Source: Bacteroidales bacterium (GTDB lineage: Bacteria > Bacteroidota > Bacteroidia > Bacteroidales > WCHB1-69). From it: 64,000 nucleotides of DNA. The DNA is taken from positions 15,686 through 79,685 of the forward strand of contig JBLJBB010000057.1 in NCBI GenBank assembly GCA_047638115.1. Direction: 5' to 3'. Position numbers and translations under genes: made by a program. How positions within the stretch are numbered: the stretch's first letter is position 1; every line of letters begins with the position of its first letter. The notes under the pieces were generated by a model. It was not told the origin of the DNA. It did not search any database and saw nothing but the letters and a program-made list of their open reading frames with translations. Shown here piece after piece: positions 17,991 through 25,900 of the stretch.

Positions 17991-18157
17991 CTCTATTCTA
18001 ATAAAAGTGTGGAGTTTTATTATGTAAGTATAAGATATTTAGTAGTTTGAAAATTTGCACTTTCTGTAAATATATTTTATGCGTACACAAATTTTACTCC
18101 CAACACATTGCACCATTTTTATTTTTTTAAGTTCCACACTTTTATTAGAATAGTGTT
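17989..18157. mobile_element. MITE-like element (~170 bp) with ~26-bp terminal inverted repeats
   Basis: Left end is AACACTCTATTCTAATAAAAGTGTGGAG and right end is TTCCACACTTTTATTAGAATAGTGTT. 21/21 nt are perfectly complementary, plus a further 4-5 nt across one indel. AT-rich interior with no ORF. Confidence 0.65.
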
Positions 18158-18221
18158 TTTGGGTTGCTGATTCAGAAGCATTTGCAATTTAATAACTGCG
18201 GGTTACGAAACGATATTGGTT

Positions 18222-18527
18222 TCACCACTCTTCATTTTTCATTTTTTCAAACCGCTTGCGGTTTGAAAAAGCGTTAGGGATTTGAAGGGCGGCGAAGCCG
18301 GTACGAGCTGGAACGAGCGCCGCAATGAGATGGCTTTGATGATGAAAATGACTTAAGCGAAGTGCAGCGAAGTACGGGAGCGAAGCGAACCCCGGAAAAG
18401 CCCGACGGCGGTGCGTTGGGTCGTGGGTGGATAACGCCGGAACGCCCAAAATTAGTGAATAGTGAATAATAAATAGTGAATAGTGAATAATGAATAGTGA
18501 ATAATGAAGAATGAAGAATGAAGAATT
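18222..18527 (-). repeat. GC-rich modular repeat, copy C (inverted orientation; 200-nt core 18248-18447 plus long heptamer arrays)
   Basis: The reverse complement aligns with copies B and D (GGGCGTTCCGGC..CGTCGGGCTT..GGGGTTCGCTTCGCTCCCGTACTTC..GGCGCTCGTTC..ACCGGCTTCGCCGCCCT..ATCCCTAACGC..AAACCGCAAGCGGTTT). About 11 heptamers (AGTGAAT/ATGAAGA) at 18451-18527. Confidence 0.8.
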
Positions 18528-18572
18528 GACCAGAAACGAGAAAGATAATCCTTTTGACTTTTAAAAAAAAAT

Positions 18573-18610
18573 ATTAGCTTATTAGCTTATTAGCAAATTA
18601 GCTTATTAAT
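18573..18610 (+). repeat. Tandem octamer (ATTAGCTT) x4.75
   Basis: Read directly. The inverse word AATAAGCTAATAAG recurs at 54542-54555. Confidence 0.9.
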
Positions 18611-18613
18611 TTG

Positions 18614-18621
18614 TATTTTTG
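18614..18621 (+). promoter_or_regulatory. Candidate -7 box upstream of the TfoX stub
   Basis: TATTTTTG, 24 nt upstream of ATG at 18646. Confidence 0.35.
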
Positions 18622-18645
18622 TGAATTATTTAAAATACAAAAATT

Positions 18646-18762
18646 ATGGCTTCGACGCAGAAATTTGTGGAGTTTGTTTTAGAGCAAATTCATGACGCAG
18701 GGGAGATTACTTCTCGAAAGATGTTTGGAGAATATGCCATCTATGCTGATGGGAAAAAGTAA
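18646..18762 (+). pseudogene. Truncated TfoX/Sxy N-terminal-domain gene (38 codons)
   Basis: MASTQKFVEFVLEQIHDAGEITSRKMFGEYAIYADGKK* matches the first third of TfoX_N proteins (..RKMFGEY.IY.DGK), then stops. Not in the ORF track because it is too short. Confidence 0.55.
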
Positions 18763-18826
18763 AACTGAGGGTACTTCAATAACTCATAATGTCTCAATTT
18801 TCCAATTTTATGTTGAAAGATGCCTC

Positions 18827-18834
18827 TATTTTTG
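18827..18834 (+). promoter_or_regulatory. Candidate -7 box for the VOC gene
   Basis: TATTTTTG, 34 nt upstream of ATG at 18869, inside the ORF-track N-terminal extension. Confidence 0.4.
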
Positions 18835-18868
18835 CCATCTAATTCATTGTTTAACAAATAAAAATAAA

Positions 18869-19228
18869 ATGAAAAAATTTATTGAATGGGTGGAGATCCC
18901 AACCGCAGATTTTCAAAGAGGTCTTAACTTCTACAATTCCGTGTTTAAACTTTCAATGGAGCCGATCGATTCCGGTACAGAACAGATGGCGTGTTTCCCA
19001 ACCGGGGAAGGGGCAATTTTTTACAAAGAGGGGTACCTCCCTTCTGATCAGGGAAGTATGATTAGTTTTACTGTACCAGACTCGATCGAAGAGACAGCTC
19101 TTCGCGTGGAAGCTCTCGGCGGAAAAGTGTTGATCCCTAAAACTCCGATTGATGAAGAGGGGAGAGGATATTTTGCAGTTTGTATTGACTCTGAAGGAAA
19201 TAAGATCGGTTTATACGAAAAATTTTAA
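18869..19228 (+). CDS. VOC (glyoxalase/bleomycin-resistance/dioxygenase) family protein
   Basis: 119 aa from the internal ATG. Single VOC-like beta-alpha-beta module (MKKFIEWVEIPTADFQRGLNFYNSVF..GGKVLIPKTPIDEEGRGYFAVCIDSEGNKIGLYE). Confidence 0.7.
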   Translation: MKKFIEWVEIPTADFQRGLNFYNSVFKLSMEPIDSGTEQMACFPTGEGAIFYKEGYLPSDQGSMISFTVPDSIEETALRVEALGGKVLIPKTPIDEEGRGYFAVCIDSEGNKIGLYEKF

Positions 19229-19271
19229 CCTTACAAAAAGTGTCCATGAAAATGTGCACTTCCTTATTTTT

Positions 19272-20084
19272 ATGTGTATTCAAATAGCATCACCATCCGA
19301 CAAACTGAAACCCTTTGTTAAACAATATTGGGCGGTTGAGAATGTGCTGCAACAAGGGGAACAATATTCACAACGGGTGATCCCAAGCGGATTGACGGAG
19401 CTGATCATGTACCTCGATCATAAACCTACTGTTTCTACCAATAACAGATTGATGGAGGATCCTTTTTTGCTTAACGGACAACAAAACGATTTTTACGATC
19501 TTTTGATCTCCGAAAATCTATCATTATTCTCCATCTCTTTTCATCCACAAGGGTTGAGCCAATTTTTTAAGCTACCCCTTCAGGAGCTGTCCAATCAAGA
19601 TATTCCGTTGCGATATATCAATAAAGATCTCTACACTGAACTGGAAGCGCGGTTATCGCCACAGATATCGTTTCAACAAAAAATCGAGATTGTGGAGCAA
19701 TGTTTGATCAGGTTGCTGCACGACAACAAAAAAGGGTACGAATTTCAACGAATCCATAACATCATCGAAATGATTCGGGTGAAACAGGGGTTGGTTGAGA
19801 TTGAAGAGCTCTCCTCTGTGGCTTGTCTGAGTAGGAAACAGTTCGAGCGCATTTTTCTGGAATATATCGGAATCTCTCCGAAACAATATTTAAAGATTAT
19901 CCGTTTCCAATCCTCAATCTTTCTGAAATCGAAGAATGAGGATATTTCATTAACCGAATTGGCTTATGAGAGTGGCTATTATGATCAGTCACATTTCATC
20001 AATGATTATAAGAAAATGACAGGAATAACACCAAAACAGTTTTTTCTGGATTGTCAATCGATCCATTCCGATTTCTTTGAGTAA
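19272..20084 (+). CDS. AraC-family transcriptional regulator
   Basis: C-terminal double HTH (..LSRKQFERIFLEYIGISPKQYLKIIRFQ.. and ELAYESGYYDQSHFINDYKKMTGITPKQF). Internal ATG chosen to avoid overlap with the VOC gene. Confidence 0.8.
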   Translation: MCIQIASPSDKLKPFVKQYWAVENVLQQGEQYSQRVIPSGLTELIMYLDHKPTVSTNNRLMEDPFLLNGQQNDFYDLLISENLSLFSISFHPQGLSQFFKLPLQELSNQDIPLRYINKDLYTELEARLSPQISFQQKIEIVEQCLIRLLHDNKKGYEFQRIHNIIEMIRVKQGLVEIEELSSVACLSRKQFERIFLEYIGISPKQYLKIIRFQSSIFLKSKNEDISLTELAYESGYYDQSHFINDYKKMTGITPKQFFLDCQSIHSDFFE

Positions 20085-20135
20085 TTTTTTAACATTTTTT
20101 TTAGTTTGTTGCAGAAAGTGAATTTAACTTTTGAT

Positions 20136-20143
20136 TATATTTG
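20136..20143 (+). promoter_or_regulatory. Candidate -7 box for the lipoprotein / Cys-His-rich gene pair
   Basis: TATATTTG, 60 nt upstream of ATG at 20204. Confidence 0.4.
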
Positions 20144-20203
20144 CATTCTAATTAAATTATTGTGATTATTAATAAAAAATATGTAAAACTAAAAACTAAA
20201 AAA

Positions 20204-20404
20204 ATGAAAAAACTATTTATCGTTCTTTTTGCAGCGGGACTATTGATCTCTTGCAATTCCAAAAAAGTGGAGCCACAACCAGAAACGGCTGCTCCTGTAG
20301 TACTTGAAGCAGAAGTGGAACAAGCTTTACAAAAAAATATTGAGCTTAATGAGCAAATCAATGAGCTTGATGCTGAATTAGAAACTATTATAAACGAACA
20401 ATAA
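20204..20404 (+). CDS. Small lipoprotein with acidic coiled-coil tail
   Basis: MKKLFIVLFAAGLLISC lipobox, 66 aa. Tail is EAEVEQALQKNIELNEQINELDAELETIINEQ. Confidence 0.65.
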   Translation: MKKLFIVLFAAGLLISCNSKKVEPQPETAAPVVLEAEVEQALQKNIELNEQINELDAELETIINEQ

Positions 20405-20417
20405 AAAAAACTGAGAT

Positions 20418-21203
20418 ATGAAAAAACTAATGATAATCGTAACAGCTTTCCTATTTGTTTTTGCTGTTAGTGCTCAAAATGCGAAAACTGAAACCAAAAA
20501 AGAGGTTAAACAAGAAGTAAAAAAAGAAGTTAAAGCTGAACATAAATGCGCAGGTGATACAAAAACTGACCACAAATGTGCAGATAAATCTAAAGATGCT
20601 AAAGGTTGCTGCGACAAAAATAAAGATAAAAAAGAGTGCGCAGACAAAGGGAAAGACCACAAATGCGCTGACAAAGGAAAAGATGCTAAAGGTTGCTGCG
20701 ACAAAGGTAAAGACCATAAAGGTTGTACAGACAAAGGGAAAGATCACAAATGCTCTGACAAAGGAAAAGACCATAAAGGTTGTGCAGACAAAGGAAAAGA
20801 TCACAACTGTGCTGACAAAGGTAAAGATGGAAAATGTTGTTCTGAAGGGGAAGCTAAAAAAGGTGATTGTTGTAAAGATGGAAAAGCTTATGGACACCAT
20901 AAAGATGGCAAATGTGGACGTGATTTTGGTCAAGAACGCGCTAAAAATGCTAAAAATAAAGTAGAGAAAGAAACCGTGGTTAAAGAGGTTGCTGCTGAAG
21001 TGGATCAAGCTATTGTAACAACTAAAAACCGTACTCAAGAGGCACGTACTGCTGTTCAAGATAAATATAAGAAAAAACAGATCACTAAAGCACAATACGA
21101 AGAAAAAATTAAACGTATTGATGAGATCGAAAAAGAGGTGATTCGTATTGAAAACGAACGCAAAGCTACTGATCAGGTGATCAAAACAAAAGTTTCAAAG
21201 TAA
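20418..21203 (+). CDS. Secreted Cys/His/Lys/Asp-rich tandem-repeat protein with C-terminal coiled coil (putative metal-binding)
   Basis: Signal peptide ..FAVSAQ. Residues 42-169 carry about 10 units of the (H)K(G)C(A/S/T)DKGKD type, with 17 Cys and 9 His. The C-terminal ~90 aa are K/E-rich helix. Confidence 0.75.
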   Translation: MKKLMIIVTAFLFVFAVSAQNAKTETKKEVKQEVKKEVKAEHKCAGDTKTDHKCADKSKDAKGCCDKNKDKKECADKGKDHKCADKGKDAKGCCDKGKDHKGCTDKGKDHKCSDKGKDHKGCADKGKDHNCADKGKDGKCCSEGEAKKGDCCKDGKAYGHHKDGKCGRDFGQERAKNAKNKVEKETVVKEVAAEVDQAIVTTKNRTQEARTAVQDKYKKKQITKAQYEEKIKRIDEIEKEVIRIENERKATDQVIKTKVSK

Positions 21204-21241
21204 TCTTGTATTAGAACTTATTTGTTTTAAAAACTTTATAC

Positions 21242-21289
21242 TATTGAGTCAAAGTTAAACGTTATTTAATTTTGACTCAATATTTTTTT
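21242..21289 (+). terminator. Rho-independent terminator after the Cys/His-rich gene
   Basis: Perfect 12-bp stem TATTGAGTCAAA / TTTGACTCAATA followed by T7. It overlaps the TTG start proposed by the ORF track for the next gene. Confidence 0.65.
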
Positions 21290-22804
21290 ATGAAAAAACA
21301 AATTCAAGTTCTTGTAGCTGTTGTATCAGCATTAGTTATTACCATATTGTTCCATTACAAAGAGATAGGATTAAACCTATTACTTGTAGAGATTCCTGTT
21401 TTTATTTGGCTTTTATGGACCAAACAAATTAAACTACACAATTATATACAAATTTCACTGTTTGTGGCTACACTACTGACTGGATTTGCAACTGTTCTGG
21501 TGTATTCGATCCTCTCTTATGTAGTCCATTTTATGCTGCTATTTGTATTTGTAGGTTTGATGATTTATCCTGAAACAAAATCGTTACTTACTTCTATCTC
21601 ACTTTCCATTGTTAACTTATGGAAATCTCAACTCAATTTTTTACACCATTTGAATGAAGTGAGATGGGGAAAATTTAAAATTGGTAGAATGATCCGTTTT
21701 GTTTTGGTTCTCATCGTTCCGATATTAGTCATACTTTTATTTATAGGTATTTACAGAGCGTCAAATCCTGTTTTTAATGATTATATGGAAAACGTTGGAG
21801 TTTATTTAGATAAAATCTGGAATTTTATCATTAAATATGTTGACATGTCTGTGATTCTTACGTTTATTCTAAGTTTAGGGATCAGTTCTTTTGTTCTGAT
21901 TAGAAGTACGACACCTCAGTTTATTGAGATAGATCAAAAAAGTTCAGAATTTTTAAAAAGAAAAAGGGGTTTCTCTTTTGTCCCTTTTCACAATTTAAGT
22001 CTTAAAAGGGAGTTACAATCTGCCATTTTTTTATTAGTTGTTTTAAATGGGCTTTTGTTACTGCTGAATATGATCGATATGAAAAGTGTATGGTTTGGAT
22101 TTGAATGGAAAGGGGAGACTCTTAAAGATTTTGTTCATGAAGGAACTTATTACCTGATCTTCTCAATCCTAATCTCCATAGCGATTATTTTGTTCTATTT
22201 TAGAAAAAATCTTAACTTTTACCTTAAAAATAAGTGGTTGAAAAGATTGAGTTATGTTTGGTTGATTCAAAACGGATTTTTAGCCATCACCGTGTTGATC
22301 AGAACCTTTTTATATATCCAACACTTTGCACTTGCATACAAGCGTATTGGTGTTATTATTTTTCTCATACTCACTATTTATGGTTTATACACAGTTTTCA
22401 TCAAAGTGAAGGATAAAAAATCAATTTTTTACTTGTTTAAGATGAATAGCTTTGCCTTTTTTATGGTTTTAAGTGTTGCAGCTCTTTTCAATTGGGATCT
22501 CATCATTGCCAAATATAACTTCAAACATTATCAAACCTCATTTGTACATCTCGATTTTATGGCTGATTTGTCGCACAAAACACTCCCTTACTTAGATAAA
22601 TCAATAGAAGAACTAAACAATATTGATTCTGTTCAAACGATCAAGTTTATGTTTAGAGGAGATTATTTTATGACTCCTGAAGATTATATTCTACGGATTG
22701 AAAAAGAGAAAGAGGAGTTTAAAACGAATTGGGAAAATAAATCGTTCCTTTCCTGGAATCTCCCCGAGTATTTAGCATATAAAAAGCTTTTTAATAATCA
22801 ATAG
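21290..22804 (+). CDS. Polytopic membrane protein (DUF4153/DUF4173-like, family uncertain)
   Basis: 504 aa from ATG at 21290 with about 10-11 hydrophobic helices and a soluble C-terminal ~100 aa. CDS is solid; the family label is a weak recollection. Confidence 0.7.
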   Translation: MKKQIQVLVAVVSALVITILFHYKEIGLNLLLVEIPVFIWLLWTKQIKLHNYIQISLFVATLLTGFATVLVYSILSYVVHFMLLFVFVGLMIYPETKSLLTSISLSIVNLWKSQLNFLHHLNEVRWGKFKIGRMIRFVLVLIVPILVILLFIGIYRASNPVFNDYMENVGVYLDKIWNFIIKYVDMSVILTFILSLGISSFVLIRSTTPQFIEIDQKSSEFLKRKRGFSFVPFHNLSLKRELQSAIFLLVVLNGLLLLLNMIDMKSVWFGFEWKGETLKDFVHEGTYYLIFSILISIAIILFYFRKNLNFYLKNKWLKRLSYVWLIQNGFLAITVLIRTFLYIQHFALAYKRIGVIIFLILTIYGLYTVFIKVKDKKSIFYLFKMNSFAFFMVLSVAALFNWDLIIAKYNFKHYQTSFVHLDFMADLSHKTLPYLDKSIEELNNIDSVQTIKFMFRGDYFMTPEDYILRIEKEKEEFKTNWENKSFLSWNLPEYLAYKKLFNNQ

Positions 22805-22845
22805 ATAAACCCAATCTATCAGCTCAATTACCGCACAATTTTTAG

Positions 22846-22853
22846 TATTTTTG
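22846..22853 (+). promoter_or_regulatory. Candidate -7 box for the activase gene
   Basis: TATTTTTG, 50 nt upstream of ATG at 22904. Confidence 0.4.
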
Positions 22854-22903
22854 CGCTCTAAATTTTCTACTGCTTATAGCAATAAAGATAAGACAAAAAG
22901 AGC

Positions 22904-25900
22904 ATGACAACATTAAAATTAGGGATAGATATTGGATCCACTACCGTTAAAGTATTGATCACCGATGCAACGTTACACCCCTTATTTTCAAGATATTCCA
23001 GACACAACACCAGGGTAGAAGATACGCTGGTGTCTTTGTTGTCAGAAATTCATCAAATATTCCCGACACAACACTTTTCTATTGCCTTTACTGGCTCCGC
23101 TGGAATGGGAATTGCGGAAAAAACAGGCGCGCTCTTCATTCAGGAGATCATCGCTGCTACCGAATTGGTGAAACACGACTATCCGGAAGTGAAAACCATT
23201 ATCGACATTGGTGGGGAGGATGCCAAATTGGTGTTGCTCGATAATCTTGCCAATCCTGATATCCGGATGAATGGAAACTGTGCTGGAGGAACGGGTGCAT
23301 ACATTGATCAGATGGCTGCTCTGTTGAATGTTTCTATAGAGCAACTGAATGATTGGGCAGAAAATCACTCCCGGATCTATCCTGTGGCTTCACGATGTGG
23401 CGTGTTTGCTAAGACAGACGTGCAAAACTTAATCAGCAGGAAAATAGACCCTCAGGATATAGCTGCTTCCATCTTTGAAGCAGTGGCCAATCAAACCCTC
23501 AACACGTTAGCGCGTGGGTGTCGGTTGAATACTCAAATATTGCTGTGTGGTGGGCCCTTAACCTACATCCCTTTTCTTCGCGCTGCCTTTGCTAAAGTGC
23601 TCCATATCGACCTATCCAACTTTGTGATCCCAGATCAAGGCGCCCTTTTTACCGCTTTGGGTACCGCTTTTTCGATCCCACAAAACACTCCCCCAACTAC
23701 CATTCCAGAGTTTTTGGCAAAACTTACTCAACCTTCACCCAAACCCATGTCAGATTATCACTTGAGTCCGCTGTTTGGGAGTCAGCAAAATTTTGATACA
23801 TGGCAACAAGTAAGAAACCTGGTACCAATACCCCAAAATGGGATCTCCCAAAGTGAAAAGCTTTTCCTGGGGATCGACTCAGGATCAACCACAACCAAAA
23901 TAGTGGTATTAAATGAACATAAAGAGATGGTGTTCCATTTCTACAAACATAACAACGGAGATCCGCTCCAAACCATTACCCACGGATTACTCTCCCTTTA
24001 CGATAAGATGAATCAACTTCCTAATCTGCCTAAAATGGTGGCTTCTGCCGTGACTGGTTACGGGGAGGAGTTGATCCGCAATGGTCTGGGGATAGACTTT
24101 GGAATTGTGGAGACGGTTGCCCACACACTTGCCGCCCAGCAATTGGACCCAGAGGTTACCTTTGTGCTTGATATTGGGGGGCAAGATATGAAGGCGATCT
24201 TTATCCAGCAGGGTATCATCACCAACATCGAGATCAACGAGGCGTGCTCCTCCGGTTGTGGCACCTTCATTGAGGGGTTTGCCAACACCTTGGGCTACTC
24301 TTCAGAAGCTTTTGCACAATTGGCGATCAATGCTCAAACCCCTTACGATCTGGGCTCCCGCTGTACGGTGTTTATGAATTCCAAAGTGAAACAAGCACTC
24401 CGCGATGGTGCTTCTGTGGAGGATCTCTCCGCAGGACTCGCGTATTCGGTGATCAAGAATTGTTTGCACAAAGTGCTACGGATCGAGTCGAATGCCGATA
24501 TTGGAAACACCGTTGTGGTGCAAGGGGGAACCTTTAAAAATAGTGCCGTGTTCCGCAGTCTGGAGATCCTTTCAGGTAAAAAGGTGGTGATCTCCGATTT
24601 TCCCGAATTGATGGGGGCTTATGGCGCGGCAATTTACGCTTTTGATAAACAAAATACACTACAAAAGTCGGGGTTCGTGGGGTTTGATCATCTCCAACTG
24701 GGCCTCTCGTTTCAATCTACCTACAAAGCTTGTATGGGGTGTTCTAACCGTTGTATGATAACAAAATATCACTTTAACAACGGCAACAGCGCCTTTGCAG
24801 GGAATAAATGTGAAAAAATATTTTCTAACAGTGGAACAAAGATGATGAAAGGGGAGAACCTTTTTGACCAGAAATGGAGCTTATTTCACAATAGAAAATC
24901 GGAAAATAGAAACCATACAACGGTTGGACTACCGCTCATCCTCAACATGTACGAGAACTATCCGTTCTGGCACACTCTTTTTACCGAGAGTGGGTTCCAT
25001 GTGATCCCCTCAGATGACAGCACCCAGGCGCTCTATCAGAAAGGGATTGGCGGCGCGATGTCGGACAACATCTGTTTCCCCGCGAAGTTAGCCCACGGCC
25101 ATATCGAAAATCTGATTGAAAAACGAGTAGATCGGATCTTCTTACCGATGGTGGTGTATGAACAGAAAAAGTTCTCTAAATCTACCAACAGCTTTAATTG
25201 TCCTGTGGTGACGGGCTACCCGGAAGTGCTCAAGAGTGGCGTACTGGATCGGCTTCCCGACAACATGGTGATCGACACCCTCCCTTTTAGTTTTCAGTCG
25301 GAGAAGTTGTTACAACAGGCATGTAGGCGCTACTTAAAGAGTCTGGGTGTTCCTAACTCCCTTTTTCAGCTCGCTTTTCAGAAGGCGATTCAGGAGCAGG
25401 CAAGATATAAACGGAAAGTGATGGAAGCGAATACGCAGATCCTCGAGCGGGCGATCAGAGATCAAAAACCGATTGTGATGGTGGCGGGGCACCCTTACCA
25501 TATGGATCCCCTGATTCATCAAAAGGTGTCACAAATTCTCTCCGATCTGGGGGTGTGCGTGATCAATGAAGAGGTGGATATGAGCCAATCGGAACACTCT
25601 TTTGATCCTTTCTTTACCATCTCACAATGGGAATATACCAACAGATTACTCCAAGCAACGAAATGGATTACCGAGCAACCTTTCCCCATTGGGATGGTGC
25701 AGCTCAACTCTTTTGGTTGCGGACTCGACTCGATCATCCTGAGTGAGATCAAGCACCTTGTGAACCAAAAGCAGATCCCCTACGCCTGGGTGCGGATCGA
25801 TGAGATCGCCAGTCCCGGTTCGGTGAAGCTCAGACTGAGATCATTAGTAGAATCTATGAAAATGCGAAAACCTATTGAAAATATCAATAAATATACAATA

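Noticed and set aside
18222-18449. 75-aa ORF across repeat copy C (and the similar 66-aa ORF 36113..36313 across copy D) as a small conserved protein family
   Set aside because: The similarity is nucleotide-level. A +1/-1 indel pair shifts the frame for about 18 nt between copies, the central third is unrelated, copy B has no ORF and copy C uses a TTG start. I treat it as a non-coding repeat.
18451-18527. CRISPR array (also considered for 9867-9908 and 57821-57862)
   Set aside because: The units are 4-8 nt and directly abut without spacers, and there are no cas genes in the window. These are micro- or minisatellites.
20451-21095. 214-aa antisense ORF plus 20474..20734(-) and 20554..20964(+) overlapping the Cys/His-rich gene
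   Set aside because: These are low-complexity translations of a purine-rich periodic repeat that happens to lack stops in several frames. Only the 20418..21203 frame has a signal peptide, a sensible start context and a terminator.
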